From positions 156,657 through 220,656 of the forward strand of contig PFBI01000006.1 of assembly GCA_002773395.1 (NCBI GenBank): a stretch of 64,000 nt of DNA, in the 5' to 3' direction. The position numbers and the translations under genes are program-made. Positions 10,763 through 20,538 of this stretch are shown here, one piece after another; the first letter of the stretch is position 1; the number at the start of each line of letters is the position of its first letter. The notes beneath the pieces are model-generated. The model ran no database searches. It was not told the DNA's origin and saw only the letters and a list, made by a program, of their open reading frames with translations. The DNA comes from Candidatus Kaiserbacteria bacterium CG10_big_fil_rev_8_21_14_0_10_47_16 (lineage in GTDB: Bacteria; Patescibacteriota; Minisyncoccia; Phycocordibacterales; UBA918).

Positions 10763-12049
10763 ATGGACACGTTCACAGATGTTCTCTCGTTTATCGTCAC
10801 TTTGCTGACGATACTCGTCGCAATACCGATCGGGGTATTTATACCCCTGTTTCTCTTCCCACTCATTCCGGGTGCGGTTGCATCGTTGGCAAACAACCCC
10901 AACAGGTTCCAACCGGAGAAAAACCCTAGTGTGCGTAATTACGAACCGAGCACATTCGGGTTCTTCACCACTCTGGCACCTGGCCAAGTGAAGCTCATCG
11001 AGCGCGGCAAGCGATTCATCGGCGGCATTATGCGGTTCGAAGGTCACAGCTTCGCTGGAGAGCAAGACAAAAAACTTGCTCGAAACACTCATGGGTATTG
11101 GGAGGTTACGAAAACAAATGGGGACGGAGAAGACACCCACCCCATTCCCAAGCCGAGCTGGGAAAAAGCCAAAAAAGACGGTGTGATTGGGGTCTTGCTT
11201 TACCCAGTCAAATGGATTTGGTGGAAATGGAAACGTTGGGTATACGAACTCACTGGGTACGTATTCACTGGCTTCTATCCGTTCCAACAGGTCCGCGTGG
11301 AAACGATCGACCGATACAAAAAAATCAAGCATGCTGATGGTTCTGAAGAAATCGTGTACATTGCCGACTATACAGACCATTTCCGTGTTGCCGATTTTCA
11401 GTTTCCGGTCATCATTCCGGATGCTGACACCCAAGACAAGATCCCGGTCAGAATGATCGTGGATACTGTTATGCGGTGTTTCAATCCGTACCTTGCCGCA
11501 TATGCAACAGATGACTGGTCGTCACGATCTACTACTTCAATAGGAGATGCGGTGACTCACTATACGCGGCCACGCAAACTTGACGTCGTCCTTTCAGCCG
11601 AAAGCACTGGTGACGTTCGCAAGATGGGAGAGGAAATATCCCAAATCGGTAATCGAACAATCCCAGAAGAGACTCAGACACCAAACAACATCGTCGCTTT
11701 CGGCTTCGAGGTTCGCCAGGTTCTGATACCTGACATATCTCTGGCAAACAAAGCTGATGCCAGACGACTGGGCGATGTTGCATTTGCCCGAGTTGACCGT
11801 GACGCCCAAGTGATACGTTCCGAGGGCACTGCCCAAGGTATCGCCTTACAAGCAAAGGCGGTCACCGAAGGTGGGGCTGCCGGCATGGCGGTACTCCTCT
11901 CAGAGCGGAATATAAAAACCGCAGATGTTGCGGGAGATAAGGCCATCGTGGTCATAGGTGGTGGGGCAGATCCTTTTGCAGCTGCCACATTCAAGGAGAT
12001 CAAGCAAATCAACGACAATACCAAGGGGACCAGTGATGGAAATACCTAG
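10763..12049 (+). CDS. SPFH/band-7 (stomatin/flotillin-like) domain membrane protein
   Basis: N-terminal TM (FIVTLLTILVAIPIGVFIPLFLF), then LAPGQVKLIERGKRFIG (SPFH start) and C-terminal ...VLIPDISLANKADARRLGDVAFARVDRDAQVIRSEGTAQGIALQAKA (the Ala/Glu-rich SPFH helix). Start taken at ATG 10763, downstream of an extended -10 box tgctataat at about 10623-10631. Confidence 0.5.
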   Translation: MDTFTDVLSFIVTLLTILVAIPIGVFIPLFLFPLIPGAVASLANNPNRFQPEKNPSVRNYEPSTFGFFTTLAPGQVKLIERGKRFIGGIMRFEGHSFAGEQDKKLARNTHGYWEVTKTNGDGEDTHPIPKPSWEKAKKDGVIGVLLYPVKWIWWKWKRWVYELTGYVFTGFYPFQQVRVETIDRYKKIKHADGSEEIVYIADYTDHFRVADFQFPVIIPDADTQDKIPVRMIVDTVMRCFNPYLAAYATDDWSSRSTTSIGDAVTHYTRPRKLDVVLSAESTGDVRKMGEEISQIGNRTIPEETQTPNNIVAFGFEVRQVLIPDISLANKADARRLGDVAFARVDRDAQVIRSEGTAQGIALQAKAVTEGGAAGMAVLLSERNIKTADVAGDKAIVVIGGGADPFAAATFKEIKQINDNTKGTSDGNT

Positions 12050-13112
12050 TATATCTGTCCCTATCTTCTTGTGGACGATAGGGGTGGTAGCAGCGCTCAT
12101 TGCTGCTGCCATAATCTTCTTCCTCTCATGGGGAGCACGTCAAGGGAGAAAGGCTGTGGAGAAACCTCAGAAAGAGAAGGATTCGGCAACCGAGTCTACA
12201 AAAGAAGTCAGCGAACCCGTCAACAAGAAGAAGGCTGGCAGCAGATGGGAGAAATTGAGGGTTCCTCGAAAGTATCTGATCTTTTTCCCGATTGTGCTGC
12301 TCTTCATCCTTCTGACAATATGGGGAGTAACCAGTCTCTTCGGCAGTTCCGACAAGGAAACAACAACCGCTTCCAACGTCGTCGCAGAAGAAACCACGAG
12401 TCCTCCAGCAGTGTCACCAAGTGAACCGAAAGCACCTACGGTGCAAAAAGAACACAAGGTGACACCGCAGGCGGCCCCAACAAGTACGGACGATGGAAAG
12501 GGGTGGCCACTGCTTCTTGCTGCGGTATTGTTTGCGGCAGGTATTTGGCTCATCAGCCTTGGAGCAAGGGCCAGAACACTATTCGGCTTCCTCCTCTGCA
12601 TTCCTCTTCTCTGGCTATCTTTACCCCTCGTTGGTATATCCTTCGATTCATGGGGTGGAATAACTCGCTGGGGAGGTCTTGGCCTACTCGCCTTACTCGG
12701 TGGGTTCATGGCTTGGAAATCCAACTCATGGATCGTGCGAGTGATTGGAGGCATTCTTGTATTGCCGATAATCATCGCCGCGCTATCCGGACCATCCGCT
12801 GGTGACCGTTTCGCCGACAACCTCGGCAAGACTGTCATTGACGCAAGTGATGGCGTCGGCGAAAAACTCGGCGGGCTTACGAGTGGTGAAGGGTCGACAA
12901 CTGGCACCATCAAGCTCAAGGGCGAGATAACGACAGTCTGGCTCGACGGCCATTGGCGCAATATGCCAATTCCTTCGGGCACCTGCACGCTCACGAGCCC
13001 TGGGAGTCTCATTGAATTTGAGTTCCCAAACCAAACTCTGACACGCATGCGTAGTCAGAGTGGTGAAAAGATCCAGGCGACGGTCACCATGAAGCCTTAC
13101 GGCACGTGTTGA
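12036..13112 (+). CDS. polytopic membrane protein (about 6 TM helices, S/T/P-rich loop, about 100-aa C-terminal soluble domain), function unknown
   Basis: ATG at 12036 overlaps the upstream stop by 14 nt, which suggests translational coupling. Multiple hydrophobic segments. Confidence 0.5.
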   Translation: MEIPSISVPIFLWTIGVVAALIAAAIIFFLSWGARQGRKAVEKPQKEKDSATESTKEVSEPVNKKKAGSRWEKLRVPRKYLIFFPIVLLFILLTIWGVTSLFGSSDKETTTASNVVAEETTSPPAVSPSEPKAPTVQKEHKVTPQAAPTSTDDGKGWPLLLAAVLFAAGIWLISLGARARTLFGFLLCIPLLWLSLPLVGISFDSWGGITRWGGLGLLALLGGFMAWKSNSWIVRVIGGILVLPIIIAALSGPSAGDRFADNLGKTVIDASDGVGEKLGGLTSGEGSTTGTIKLKGEITTVWLDGHWRNMPIPSGTCTLTSPGSLIEFEFPNQTLTRMRSQSGEKIQATVTMKPYGTC

Positions 13113-13184
13113 TCAGAGCCTTTGTACCTCTTGAATACAAACTGGACCCCCGCTGCTTCGGCAGTGTGTGGGTCCTTTTTCTTT

Positions 13185-13499
13185 TTATATACCAAATATT
13201 CCGCCGCGAAGAAGCGCGATGATCCCCCAAATACCAACCATGACCACGAGTACGAGTACTCCTGTTGTGATGATTTTCTTTCCTTTTTCAACTTGCGCTT
13301 CCTCTGCCCCACCAATTACCCATGTTCGAATGATTGCCCATACGAGTACGATGAAAGTGAGAGCGAAAATGAACGTAATCAACAAATTTATGATACTGAG
13401 GAAGAGATCCACAAGTGAACCGAAACTCTTTGGTGTTGCAACAGCTGCAGACGTCAGCATCGGTGTCATTACTATGAGAAGTGAGAGGAAGTATTTCAT
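13185..13499 (-). CDS. TrbC/VirB2-like T4SS-pilin-family small membrane protein (paralog 3)
   Basis: 104 aa: signal peptide, TM1, loop GGAEEAQVEKGKKI, TM2. Confidence 0.55.
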   Translation of the reverse strand: MKYFLSLLIVMTPMLTSAAVATPKSFGSLVDLFLSIINLLITFIFALTFIVLVWAIIRTWVIGGAEEAQVEKGKKIITTGVLVLVVMVGIWGIIALLRGGIFGI

Positions 13500-13954
13500 T
13501 TTGTAATTGCCGTAATAGTACCTTGTATAACTTCAAGGATTGCCCATGCGCCGAGTACAATGACGCCGCCAATAACCGCCCACGTAAGGGCTGCACGCGC
13601 TTTCTGGATTTGTGCTGGTTCACCACGTGCTGTTACAAAGAGGAATCCTGCGTACATGATAAAGAGCACGATAATAGGTATTGCAAAGACGAGAATAATC
13701 GCAATGACCGACTTGAGGAAATCAGTGAGATTGTAGTTTTCGCTTGAACTGAGTGGATTGGTAAGTTTTACTGTACCTCCTGAACCAGACCCAGGGTTTG
13801 CACCCGAAGGTACATTATCAGTTGGATTTGAACCTGAAGGAACTGAGTTACCCGAGTTGGAACCAGATGGAACAGTGTCCGCTGCAAATACCACCCCCTG
13901 TACAGGCACTATCATCATTGTAGTTACTACCGCTCCGATAAAAAAGTTTTTCAT
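13496..13954 (-). CDS. TrbC/VirB2-like T4SS-pilin-family small membrane protein (paralog 4, with N-terminal VPSGSN repeats)
   Basis: Start taken at MKNFFIG (ATG 13952-13954), 8 nt after the SBP gene stop. Repeats VPSGSNSGNSVPSGSNPTDNVPSGANP, then TM1, loop TARGEPAQIQKARAALTW, TM2. ATGA overlap with paralog 3. Confidence 0.55.
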   Translation of the reverse strand: MKNFFIGAVVTTMMIVPVQGVVFAADTVPSGSNSGNSVPSGSNPTDNVPSGANPGSGSGGTVKLTNPLSSSENYNLTDFLKSVIAIILVFAIPIIVLFIMYAGFLFVTARGEPAQIQKARAALTWAVIGGVIVLGAWAILEVIQGTITAITK

Positions 13955-13961
13955 AGTCTCA

Positions 13962-15266
13962 TTAAAATAATTGTTGCAATCTTCCAACTGCGTCTGTTAT
14001 CGATTCGCTCACTCGCTTGCGGCCACTCGTTACATCTTCGATCATCGTCTTAAAGACATTCTCACTGCCGAGCGCACTTGGGTCAAGCCACGCATGTGCA
14101 GTGAGTGCGGCGCGGTACAACACTTGTCTGTACGCACTCCCTGTTCCTAAAGCAATTTCAGCACGGACAACTGGTGCGAGGTTGAGTGCTTCGGTGAGCA
14201 TCAATGCGTTTGGCTGACTTGCAAGGACTTGTGCGGCTGCAAATCCGCCCTGCGGATTTGCAGCCGCACTTGGAATCGCAAACGCATAGAACGTACCAAA
14301 GTCACGCACCACATTTGCTCCCGCTCCTTGTGGCACCTGCGCAATATCGAAGTTTAAGTTTGGATTCGCACTTTGGAGTTCTTTGTATTCACTTCCCTTT
14401 CCAAAGTAGAGTGCAAGATCTTCTGAGAGGAATGCTTGCCGATCTTCCCTAAGCGAACGGTTCCATGAGTATGTCGTCCCCGAACTTTGTGAAAACTGCG
14501 TATAGAAAGAGAGTGCCGCCTGTCCTGGGGGAATATTATTGTTTGCTGATTTCCCAAGCGTAATCTCAATCCCTTGTGCGCCCGTTGAGACGATGTCTGT
14601 CCCCGCTTGCATAAAGAGCATCGAGAGAATGCTTTTTGCGTTTCTGATATTACTGTATTCACCGAGACCAACAGCGCTCTGGATAATCTCACGATTTGCA
14701 GCAACCTTGGTAACCGCAGGTGTCGTAACATTTACAAGCTCTTCCCATGTCGCCGGTGGCTGTGCTATCCCATTCTTCGCAAGGAGGTCGCGGTTCCAGT
14801 ACATGACGAGCGGATCCACCGCAAACGGAATTCCGTAGACGCCATCATTAAGCAAGAAGATGTCCGCACCATCAATATAAGAGTCTCTGAAGGTTCTCTC
14901 AGGGATTGTGGTAAACGATATTTTACTAAGTCGGTTTTGGTAGGTAAGTAAATCTTCACTTGAGAGGACGACGAGGTCTGGAGAACGCCCTGCCGCGATG
15001 GCGTTGAGTAATTCATAATCAAAAGTGTCTTTGTTTTTTTGTATGTAGTGCACTGCTTGAAACGCACTGTCACCACGACTGATTTCGTCGAGTACAACAC
15101 TGAACGCAGAAGCTGAGAATGTTCCCCACACCTCTACCGATTCCCCGTACAGTTGGCTCGTGCTTGAGCTCGATCCTCGAAACGTAATAAAAAAGATGAG
15201 CGCAACAATCGCGAGAAAACCGAACCCTCCTAAAAGAATGATTTGAAATGGTCGTATTGATGTCAT
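13962..15266 (-). CDS. extracellular solute-binding protein (ABC transporter substrate-binding, family 1 sugar-type)
   Basis: 434 aa, N-terminal TM anchor; overall composition and length of a periplasmic-binding-protein fold. Assignment rests on general resemblance, not a specific motif. Confidence 0.6.
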   Translation of the reverse strand: MTSIRPFQIILLGGFGFLAIVALIFFITFRGSSSSTSQLYGESVEVWGTFSASAFSVVLDEISRGDSAFQAVHYIQKNKDTFDYELLNAIAAGRSPDLVVLSSEDLLTYQNRLSKISFTTIPERTFRDSYIDGADIFLLNDGVYGIPFAVDPLVMYWNRDLLAKNGIAQPPATWEELVNVTTPAVTKVAANREIIQSAVGLGEYSNIRNAKSILSMLFMQAGTDIVSTGAQGIEITLGKSANNNIPPGQAALSFYTQFSQSSGTTYSWNRSLREDRQAFLSEDLALYFGKGSEYKELQSANPNLNFDIAQVPQGAGANVVRDFGTFYAFAIPSAAANPQGGFAAAQVLASQPNALMLTEALNLAPVVRAEIALGTGSAYRQVLYRAALTAHAWLDPSALGSENVFKTMIEDVTSGRKRVSESITDAVGRLQQLF

Positions 15267-15817
15267 ACGCGTCTAAACATTAATCCATAATGATGCTCCC
15301 CTGCAGGAAAGTCGTGTTCAAGACGAAATCCATGTGCTTCTGCCATACTCGTTACTGCTTTTTGATCAACGACATGATCCGGTCGTGGGCCAAGTCCTCC
15401 AAAGCTTTCTGTCCACTCGATGATAGCGAGCTTTCCGCCTGGGCGGATCACACGTGCAGCTTCAGTGAGTGCAACGCCTTTATCATCAACTTGGAAGAGC
15501 GTGTTGATGAATACCCCCATATCAAGCGTATTATCGGCAAGTCGAACTCCTTTTGGAGTTTCGAGATCGCACCACAGTGGCTCAACATTCGGGAGTCGTT
15601 CTGTCTGCGCTACTAGGGCGAGTGTTTCAACAAGATTCTTCTGGATCTCACACGCATACACGCGACCATCGAGACCTGCCGCGGTTGAGAGCGCACGGAG
15701 AAAGTATCCCGATCCCGCACCAAAGTCTGCCACACGGTCTCCCGGCCGCAGATGAAAGTGCGAAGTTACAACATCGGGTTTTACAAACCGAGAACCGCCT
15801 TCTGAATTCATGCACAT
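15263..15817 (-). CDS. class I SAM-dependent methyltransferase
   Basis: Motif I VADFGAGSGYF and a post-I acidic residue. Start placed at the ATG 15815-17, which has GGAG nine nt upstream, because the gyrA terminator hairpin abuts the longer ORF start. Confidence 0.65.
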   Translation of the reverse strand: MCMNSEGGSRFVKPDVVTSHFHLRPGDRVADFGAGSGYFLRALSTAAGLDGRVYACEIQKNLVETLALVAQTERLPNVEPLWCDLETPKGVRLADNTLDMGVFINTLFQVDDKGVALTEAARVIRPGGKLAIIEWTESFGGLGPRPDHVVDQKAVTSMAEAHGFRLEHDFPAGEHHYGLMFRRV

Positions 15818-15857
15818 AGTATAGCACTCCGTATAGTTAATAGCGGGCACCAAGACG

Positions 15858-15900
15858 TGGAAAGGCCCGAGAGATGCTTCGCATCTCTCGGGCCTTTCCT
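15858..15900 (-). terminator. rho-independent terminator downstream of gyrA (19-bp stem)
   Basis: ggaaaggcccgagagatgc-ttc-gcatctctcgggcctttcc. Confidence 0.7.
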
Positions 15901-15919
15901 ACCCCACATTTCAACAATC

Positions 15920-18433
15920 TTAACTAATGACGGTCGTCGCAATCGCATCCCCTGGGCGCAATTTCATAATGCGTACTCCCTGTGTCTGACGGCCGAGTGA
16001 TGGCACATCTTTGAGTGGCAGTTTGATAACTTGCCCCTTCTTACTCATGACCACGAGCTCACCTTCTTTCTTGTCTTCATCACCGAGTACCGCAGCGCCC
16101 ACCACCTTACCGGTCTTTGTGGTGATTTTTGCTGTCTTAATACCTGAGCCACCACGCTTTTGTACCTTGTATTCTTTCGCTGGAGTCATCTTTCCGTATC
16201 CATTTTCCATGACGACGAGAATGTCGCGATCCTTCTCACCATTTTTCAGTACATCAGCAGAGACAATGATATCTCCTTTCTTGAGCTTCATCGCCGTTAC
16301 TCCTGCCGCTGTACGACCCATTTCACGTACATCACTTTCCTTAAATCGAATTGCTTGTCCTTCAGTAGAGATGAGTGACACTTCGTCACCCTTACCAACA
16401 AAGCGTGCAGAGATGAGCGCGTCGTCGTCTTTGAGCTTGATTGCAATAAGGCCGCTGCGACGAACATCCTTAAACGATGCTGCATCTGACTTCTTCGCAA
16501 CACCATTCTTTGTGACCATCATAAGACTCCAGTCGCCTGCCCACGCATCCTTTTTGACCGCGAGTACTGACGTCACATGCTCCTCGGGAGTAAGCGGAAG
16601 GAAGTTCATGATTGACTTACCTTTCGTTGCGCGCCGCCCTTCTGGAATTTCATACATCTTTGACTGATACACCTTACCCATATCAGTAAAGAAGAGGAGA
16701 TCACTGTGTGCTGATGTCGTGAGTAACATCGTTACTACGTCTTCTTCTTTAGTATTTAAATCAACAACACCAACGCCACCGCGCTTTTGTACCTTGTATT
16801 CACTTGGGTTTGTACGCTTTACGTATCCACCTTGTGTGAGAACGAGAACACTTTCATCATCAGGGACCAAGTCCTCTTGACTGAGCTGCTTCACGCCGCC
16901 TTTGATGATCTTTGTACGACGATCATCTCCGTATTTTTCTGCAGCTTCTGCAAGCTCTGTTTTCACAATACTTTGCATCTTCGCCTTGCTCTTCAAAATT
17001 CCTTCAAGTTCCTTAATGAGTGCCTGCACTTCTTTGAGTTCATCCTCGATCTTCTTACGTTCAAGGCCTGCGAGCTTTTGCAGACGCATATCAAGAATTG
17101 CCTGCGCTTGTCGCTCAGAGAATTTGAACTCCTTCATGAGCGCAGCGTGCGCAGAAGGGACATCTTTCGCTGCACGAATCAGCTTGATGATTGCATCAAT
17201 GTGGTCGAGCGCCTTCTTGAGTCCAAGGAGAATGTGTTCTCGGTCTTTTGCTTTTGCAAGATCGTACTCAGTACGACGACGGACAACCTCAACACGGTGC
17301 TTCACGTACTCTTCGAGAATACTCTTCAGTGACAATGTCTGCGGAATACCGTCAACAAGCGCCACCATGTTGTAGTGGAAGGTATCTTCAAGCTGTGTGT
17401 GCTTGTAGAGTTTGTTAAGTACTGTCTGTGGTTGTGCTGATGCCTTGAGTTCGATAACGACACGAATGTCAGACGTCGACTCATCACGCATTTCTTTAAT
17501 ACCTTCAATTTTTTTATCACGTACCAAACCTGCGATCTTTTCAAGCATGTCCGCCTTGTTTACGCGGAATGGAATAGAGGTAATGATAATAATAAAGTTG
17601 CCTTTCTTGTCTTCAGTAATTTCTGCTTCACCACGAACCACGACGCCACCCTTCCCGTTTGCGTAGGCGTGAGCGATATCTTTTTGATTGAATGCAACTG
17701 CGCCCATCGGAAAGTCTGGGCCTTTCACAAATTGCAGGAGGTCGTTTGTCGTCGCTGCTGGTGTATCGATAAGATGGGCAATAGCAGCTGCAATTTCTCG
17801 CAGGTTGTGTGGCGGGATATTCGTCGCCATACCTACCGCAATACCGAGTGTTCCATTGAGGAGGAGGTTTGGAAGTCCGGCAGGGAGTACCGACGGCTCT
17901 TTCTTCGTACCGTCAAAGTTTGGTCGCCACGCAACGGTATCTTTTTCAAGATCACGGAGCATTTCTTCTGCAACCTTCGACATCTTTGCTTCGGTGTAAC
18001 GATACGCAGCAGCACTATCTCCATCGATTGAGCCGAAGTTTCCTTGTCCGATGACGAGTGGGTATCGTGTATTAAATTGCTGCGCAAGTTTTACCATCGC
18101 TTCATACACAGAAATATCACCATGCGGGTGGAAACTACCGAGTACGTCTCCCACTACTGTTGCAGACTTTTTGAATCGGGCGGTGGACGTGAGTCCATTG
18201 AGACGCATCGAATAGAGAATGCGTCGATGTACTGGCTTAAGTCCATCGCGCACATCAGGAAGTGCGCGCGAGGTAATCACGCTCATTGCGTAGTCAAGGT
18301 ATGCGGCTTGCATCTCTCCCGTAATACTCTGTGCTTGCACACCGATAGCCGTACGGGTACCCATTTCTAATGCGGCATCACTGCCTTTTTTCTTTGGTTC
18401 GTTTTCAGAATTATCGTTCTTTTTTGCCGCCAT
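15920..18433 (-). CDS. gyrA: DNA gyrase subunit A
   Basis: 837 aa; N-terminal ...[34 protein letters not shown] (active-site Tyr region) and C-terminal beta-pinwheel repeats. Confidence 0.95.
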   Translation of the reverse strand: MAAKKNDNSENEPKKKGSDAALEMGTRTAIGVQAQSITGEMQAAYLDYAMSVITSRALPDVRDGLKPVHRRILYSMRLNGLTSTARFKKSATVVGDVLGSFHPHGDISVYEAMVKLAQQFNTRYPLVIGQGNFGSIDGDSAAAYRYTEAKMSKVAEEMLRDLEKDTVAWRPNFDGTKKEPSVLPAGLPNLLLNGTLGIAVGMATNIPPHNLREIAAAIAHLIDTPAATTNDLLQFVKGPDFPMGAVAFNQKDIAHAYANGKGGVVVRGEAEITEDKKGNFIIIITSIPFRVNKADMLEKIAGLVRDKKIEGIKEMRDESTSDIRVVIELKASAQPQTVLNKLYKHTQLEDTFHYNMVALVDGIPQTLSLKSILEEYVKHRVEVVRRRTEYDLAKAKDREHILLGLKKALDHIDAIIKLIRAAKDVPSAHAALMKEFKFSERQAQAILDMRLQKLAGLERKKIEDELKEVQALIKELEGILKSKAKMQSIVKTELAEAAEKYGDDRRTKIIKGGVKQLSQEDLVPDDESVLVLTQGGYVKRTNPSEYKVQKRGGVGVVDLNTKEEDVVTMLLTTSAHSDLLFFTDMGKVYQSKMYEIPEGRRATKGKSIMNFLPLTPEEHVTSVLAVKKDAWAGDWSLMMVTKNGVAKKSDAASFKDVRRSGLIAIKLKDDDALISARFVGKGDEVSLISTEGQAIRFKESDVREMGRTAAGVTAMKLKKGDIIVSADVLKNGEKDRDILVVMENGYGKMTPAKEYKVQKRGGSGIKTAKITTKTGKVVGAAVLGDEDKKEGELVVMSKKGQVIKLPLKDVPSLGRQTQGVRIMKLRPGDAIATTVIS

Positions 18434-18494
18434 ACTATGTTATTTCGTGTGGTCTATTATACCAGAAATCGCCTGTAAAACCTAGTTTATTCCA

Positions 18495-18899
18495 CTACTC
18501 CATCGTGCTTTTTGCGGAGCTCGTGCCGATGAGAACGACGTTGGCAGGAGCTGCTTTCGGAGTAGTTGTTGTTGCCGCATTAAAATTAAGTACGGGGACC
18601 AGTCCTTGGTCTTTTGTCGCACCACTCGGCGTAGGTTGCTCTGTGTTTTTACCCGACTCCGTTGACGAAGCGGCACCGAATGCTGCACCGAGTTGTGTGC
18701 GAACGTTGCCAAAAAATGAACTGAACGGCCCGACTGTTTCTTTTGCCGTCTCTGCAATCGGTGCGTTTTGTGTAAATTGTGATGGGAGCGTTGCAGTCCA
18801 CATAAGCGCAATAATACCGACAATCGCAAAGGCCGACCAAAATGAAATGTGGGCTTTCATTGTCGGTGACTGTGATTTTATTTTTTCGAGGAAGCTCAT
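18495..18899 (-). CDS. hypothetical small membrane-anchored protein
   Basis: 134 aa, one TM (FWSAFAIVGIIALMW), S/T/A-rich tail; no recognizable domain. Confidence 0.4.
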   Translation of the reverse strand: MSFLEKIKSQSPTMKAHISFWSAFAIVGIIALMWTATLPSQFTQNAPIAETAKETVGPFSSFFGNVRTQLGAAFGAASSTESGKNTEQPTPSGATKDQGLVPVLNFNAATTTTPKAAPANVVLIGTSSAKSTME

Positions 18900-18932
18900 A
18901 GTGTCTCAAGTATACTACGTGGCGCGCACATA

Positions 18933-18973
18933 CAAAACGTGGCCGGAAGCGAAGCTTCCGGCCACGTTTTGTA
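18933..18973. terminator. bidirectional terminator hairpin (18-bp stem)
   Basis: caaaacgtggccggaagc-gaa-gcttccggccacgttttg with flanking A- and T-runs. Confidence 0.65.
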
Positions 18974-18987
18974 TACACTCCCCCGCC

Positions 18988-19608
18988 CTACCCTTTCAGG
19001 ACAATCACTTCCCCTTCCATCGTCAAAAGTTCTTTCTTCTTTATCGTGAGTTTTTCTTCAGGCTTCCCATTTGTTGAACCTTCCTCTTTCAGAAACGCTT
19101 CGAGCGATTTTGCATCGTAGTGCATTGGAATAATAACGCGTGCCTCAAGCTTCGCACCGAGCTTCGCTGCGGCCGGAACATCAAGCACATCCCCGCCACC
19201 AATAGGAACAAAGAGGATATCAATATCACCAAATTCACTCAGAATCTTAGAATCAATGTCAGAGCTAGAGAGCGCGCCGAGGAACACCATATTGATTCCT
19301 TCGAGCGTGATTTGGTAAATCGTATTAAATCGTTCTTGTTTGTCGTACGTTGTCTGTACGCCGTATCCACGAGCGGTCACTTCACCTACTTCATACTCTC
19401 CGGGACCATCAACAACGAATGGTTGCTTTGCGCCAAACGCAACCTCATCAGCACCATCAAAGTCAGGGTGGTGCATTGAGATAAATGCAACGTCTGCACC
19501 AAACTTCACCGGAGTGAGATCTGACTTCTTTGAAATAGGGTTAAGGGCGAGCGTGGTGTTTCCAAATGCCACTTTAAAACACTCGCCGCCGTGATGTGTG
19601 ATTACCAT
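18988..19608 (-). CDS. MBL-fold metallo-hydrolase (UPF0173-like)
   Basis: MVITHHGGECFKV...FISMHHPDF...LFVPIGG. Start taken at M50 (ATG 19606-08), because the longer track ORF overlaps structured non-coding sequence. Confidence 0.65.
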   Translation of the reverse strand: MVITHHGGECFKVAFGNTTLALNPISKKSDLTPVKFGADVAFISMHHPDFDGADEVAFGAKQPFVVDGPGEYEVGEVTARGYGVQTTYDKQERFNTIYQITLEGINMVFLGALSSSDIDSKILSEFGDIDILFVPIGGGDVLDVPAAAKLGAKLEARVIIPMHYDAKSLEAFLKEEGSTNGKPEEKLTIKKKELLTMEGEVIVLKG

Positions 19609-19877
19609 AGTGCAGCAAGTATACCAGACTCCTTCTCTGTTTGACAAAGCAAGAGAATATTCGTATATTACGTGTCCCTGTGGAGCGTTGTACGTCCCTT
19701 GTCCTTCACGGGGTGCAGGACAGGCGGCCAGTCGATCGACCATGTTTTCCAACATAGTCCAGCTCCAACTAGACTATGCGATGAAGACGAAATCCTTCGG
19801 CTGGCCGCCGCACCTACGTTCTTGGTTTCCTTCCGGAAACACAATCCTGCTGGACCTTCGGTCCGGCTTTTTTAATA

Positions 19878-20151
19878 TTGACAAAATGATTCATTGTAGT
19901 AGAGTAATGATGGTTTGCGCGCACAGGCCAAACAGCAGCGAAGCCGATCGGCAAAGTTCGTTTTAGAGCTTTATGGTTCACCACATCCCCTCCCTTGGTG
20001 GTAATCATACCTTTCATTGCGGAATCTCCCGCCTGTCGGACCCCCCTCCTGACAGAAAAGATGAGAGAGTGCCGGTCGGCCAGCCGCCGACCTTATCTGT
20101 ACGCAATTAAGTACGCCCCATGCCCGAGTATGCTTCATACTCGGCTTTTTT
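19878..20151 (+). ncRNA. candidate sRNA 1: promoter TTGACA-N16-TAGAGT through a rho-independent terminator
   Basis: -35 at 19878-83, -10 at 19900-05. Terminator ccgagtatg-ctt-catactcgg + TTTTTT at 20124-20151. Internal hairpins have C-rich loops containing CCUCC (caccacatcccctcccttggtgg; ctgtcggacccccctcctgacag). Confidence 0.35.
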
Positions 20152-20168
20152 ATTATCCACAGGCATTC

Positions 20169-20390
20169 TTGACGCTTGGTAAAGACAGGGGTAGACTACT
20201 TGTATTGGTCTTCATCGGGGAGTTATCCAATCGCGGAATCACACAGATTCCACAAAGGTCAGCTCCTTCAAAAAAACCAATCTCTGCAAAGCGCAGATTC
20301 GTTCTTTAGAAGCTTCGGCTTCCACCACATTTGAGACATTAGTCTCATTCCATCGTCCACAAACGCCTATCTCCGATACGGCGTTTTTTG
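20169..20390 (+). ncRNA. candidate sRNA 2: promoter TTGACG-N17-TAGACT through a terminator
   Basis: -35 at 20169-74, -10 at 20192-97. Terminator aacgcctatc-tcc-gatacggcgtt + TTTTTTGTTG at 20361-20390. Confidence 0.3.
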
Positions 20391-20418
20391 TTGTCAAAAC
20401 AGATGTTTTATAGTATTA
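20390..20418 (+). promoter_or_regulatory. sigma-70-type promoter of rpsA (TTGTCA-N17-TATTAT)
   Basis: -35 at 20390-95 overlaps the T-tract of the upstream terminator; -10 at 20413-18; about 120-nt 5' UTR. Confidence 0.5.
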
Positions 20419-20538
20419 TCTCGCCACCTGAAAAGGTTTATTAATTTCTAGCGGGGTGTGCTAACCCTGTCCTCACGAACACGGCCAGAGAAACGCTTGG
20501 ACAGAAACATACCGCCGGATACAAATACATAGTTTTAT

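Noticed and set aside
12167-13048. 293-aa minus-strand ORF antisense to the 6-TM membrane protein gene
   Set aside because: It is Pro/Ser-rich, has no start context, and is fully overlapped by a better-supported, translationally coupled plus-strand gene.
16011-16667. 218-aa plus-strand ORF inside gyrA
   Set aside because: It is antisense to a well-supported 837-aa GyrA gene. Its S-rich, low-complexity translation is a typical shadow ORF.
19995-20309. 104-aa plus-strand ORF in the long non-coding region upstream of rpsA
   Set aside because: It reads through a strong predicted terminator hairpin, has no RBS, and has an implausible composition. The region is more consistent with sRNA loci.
19609-20538. 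Possibility that the long spacer encodes RNase P RNA, tmRNA, SRP RNA or rRNA
   Set aside because: None of the hallmarks was found on either strand: the P4 motif AGGAAAGUCCGG, tmRNA tRNA-like 3' end or tag ORF, SRP domain-IV GGAA-AGCAGC motif. Segment sizes (about 180-240 nt) fit none well, so only generic sRNA candidates are reported.
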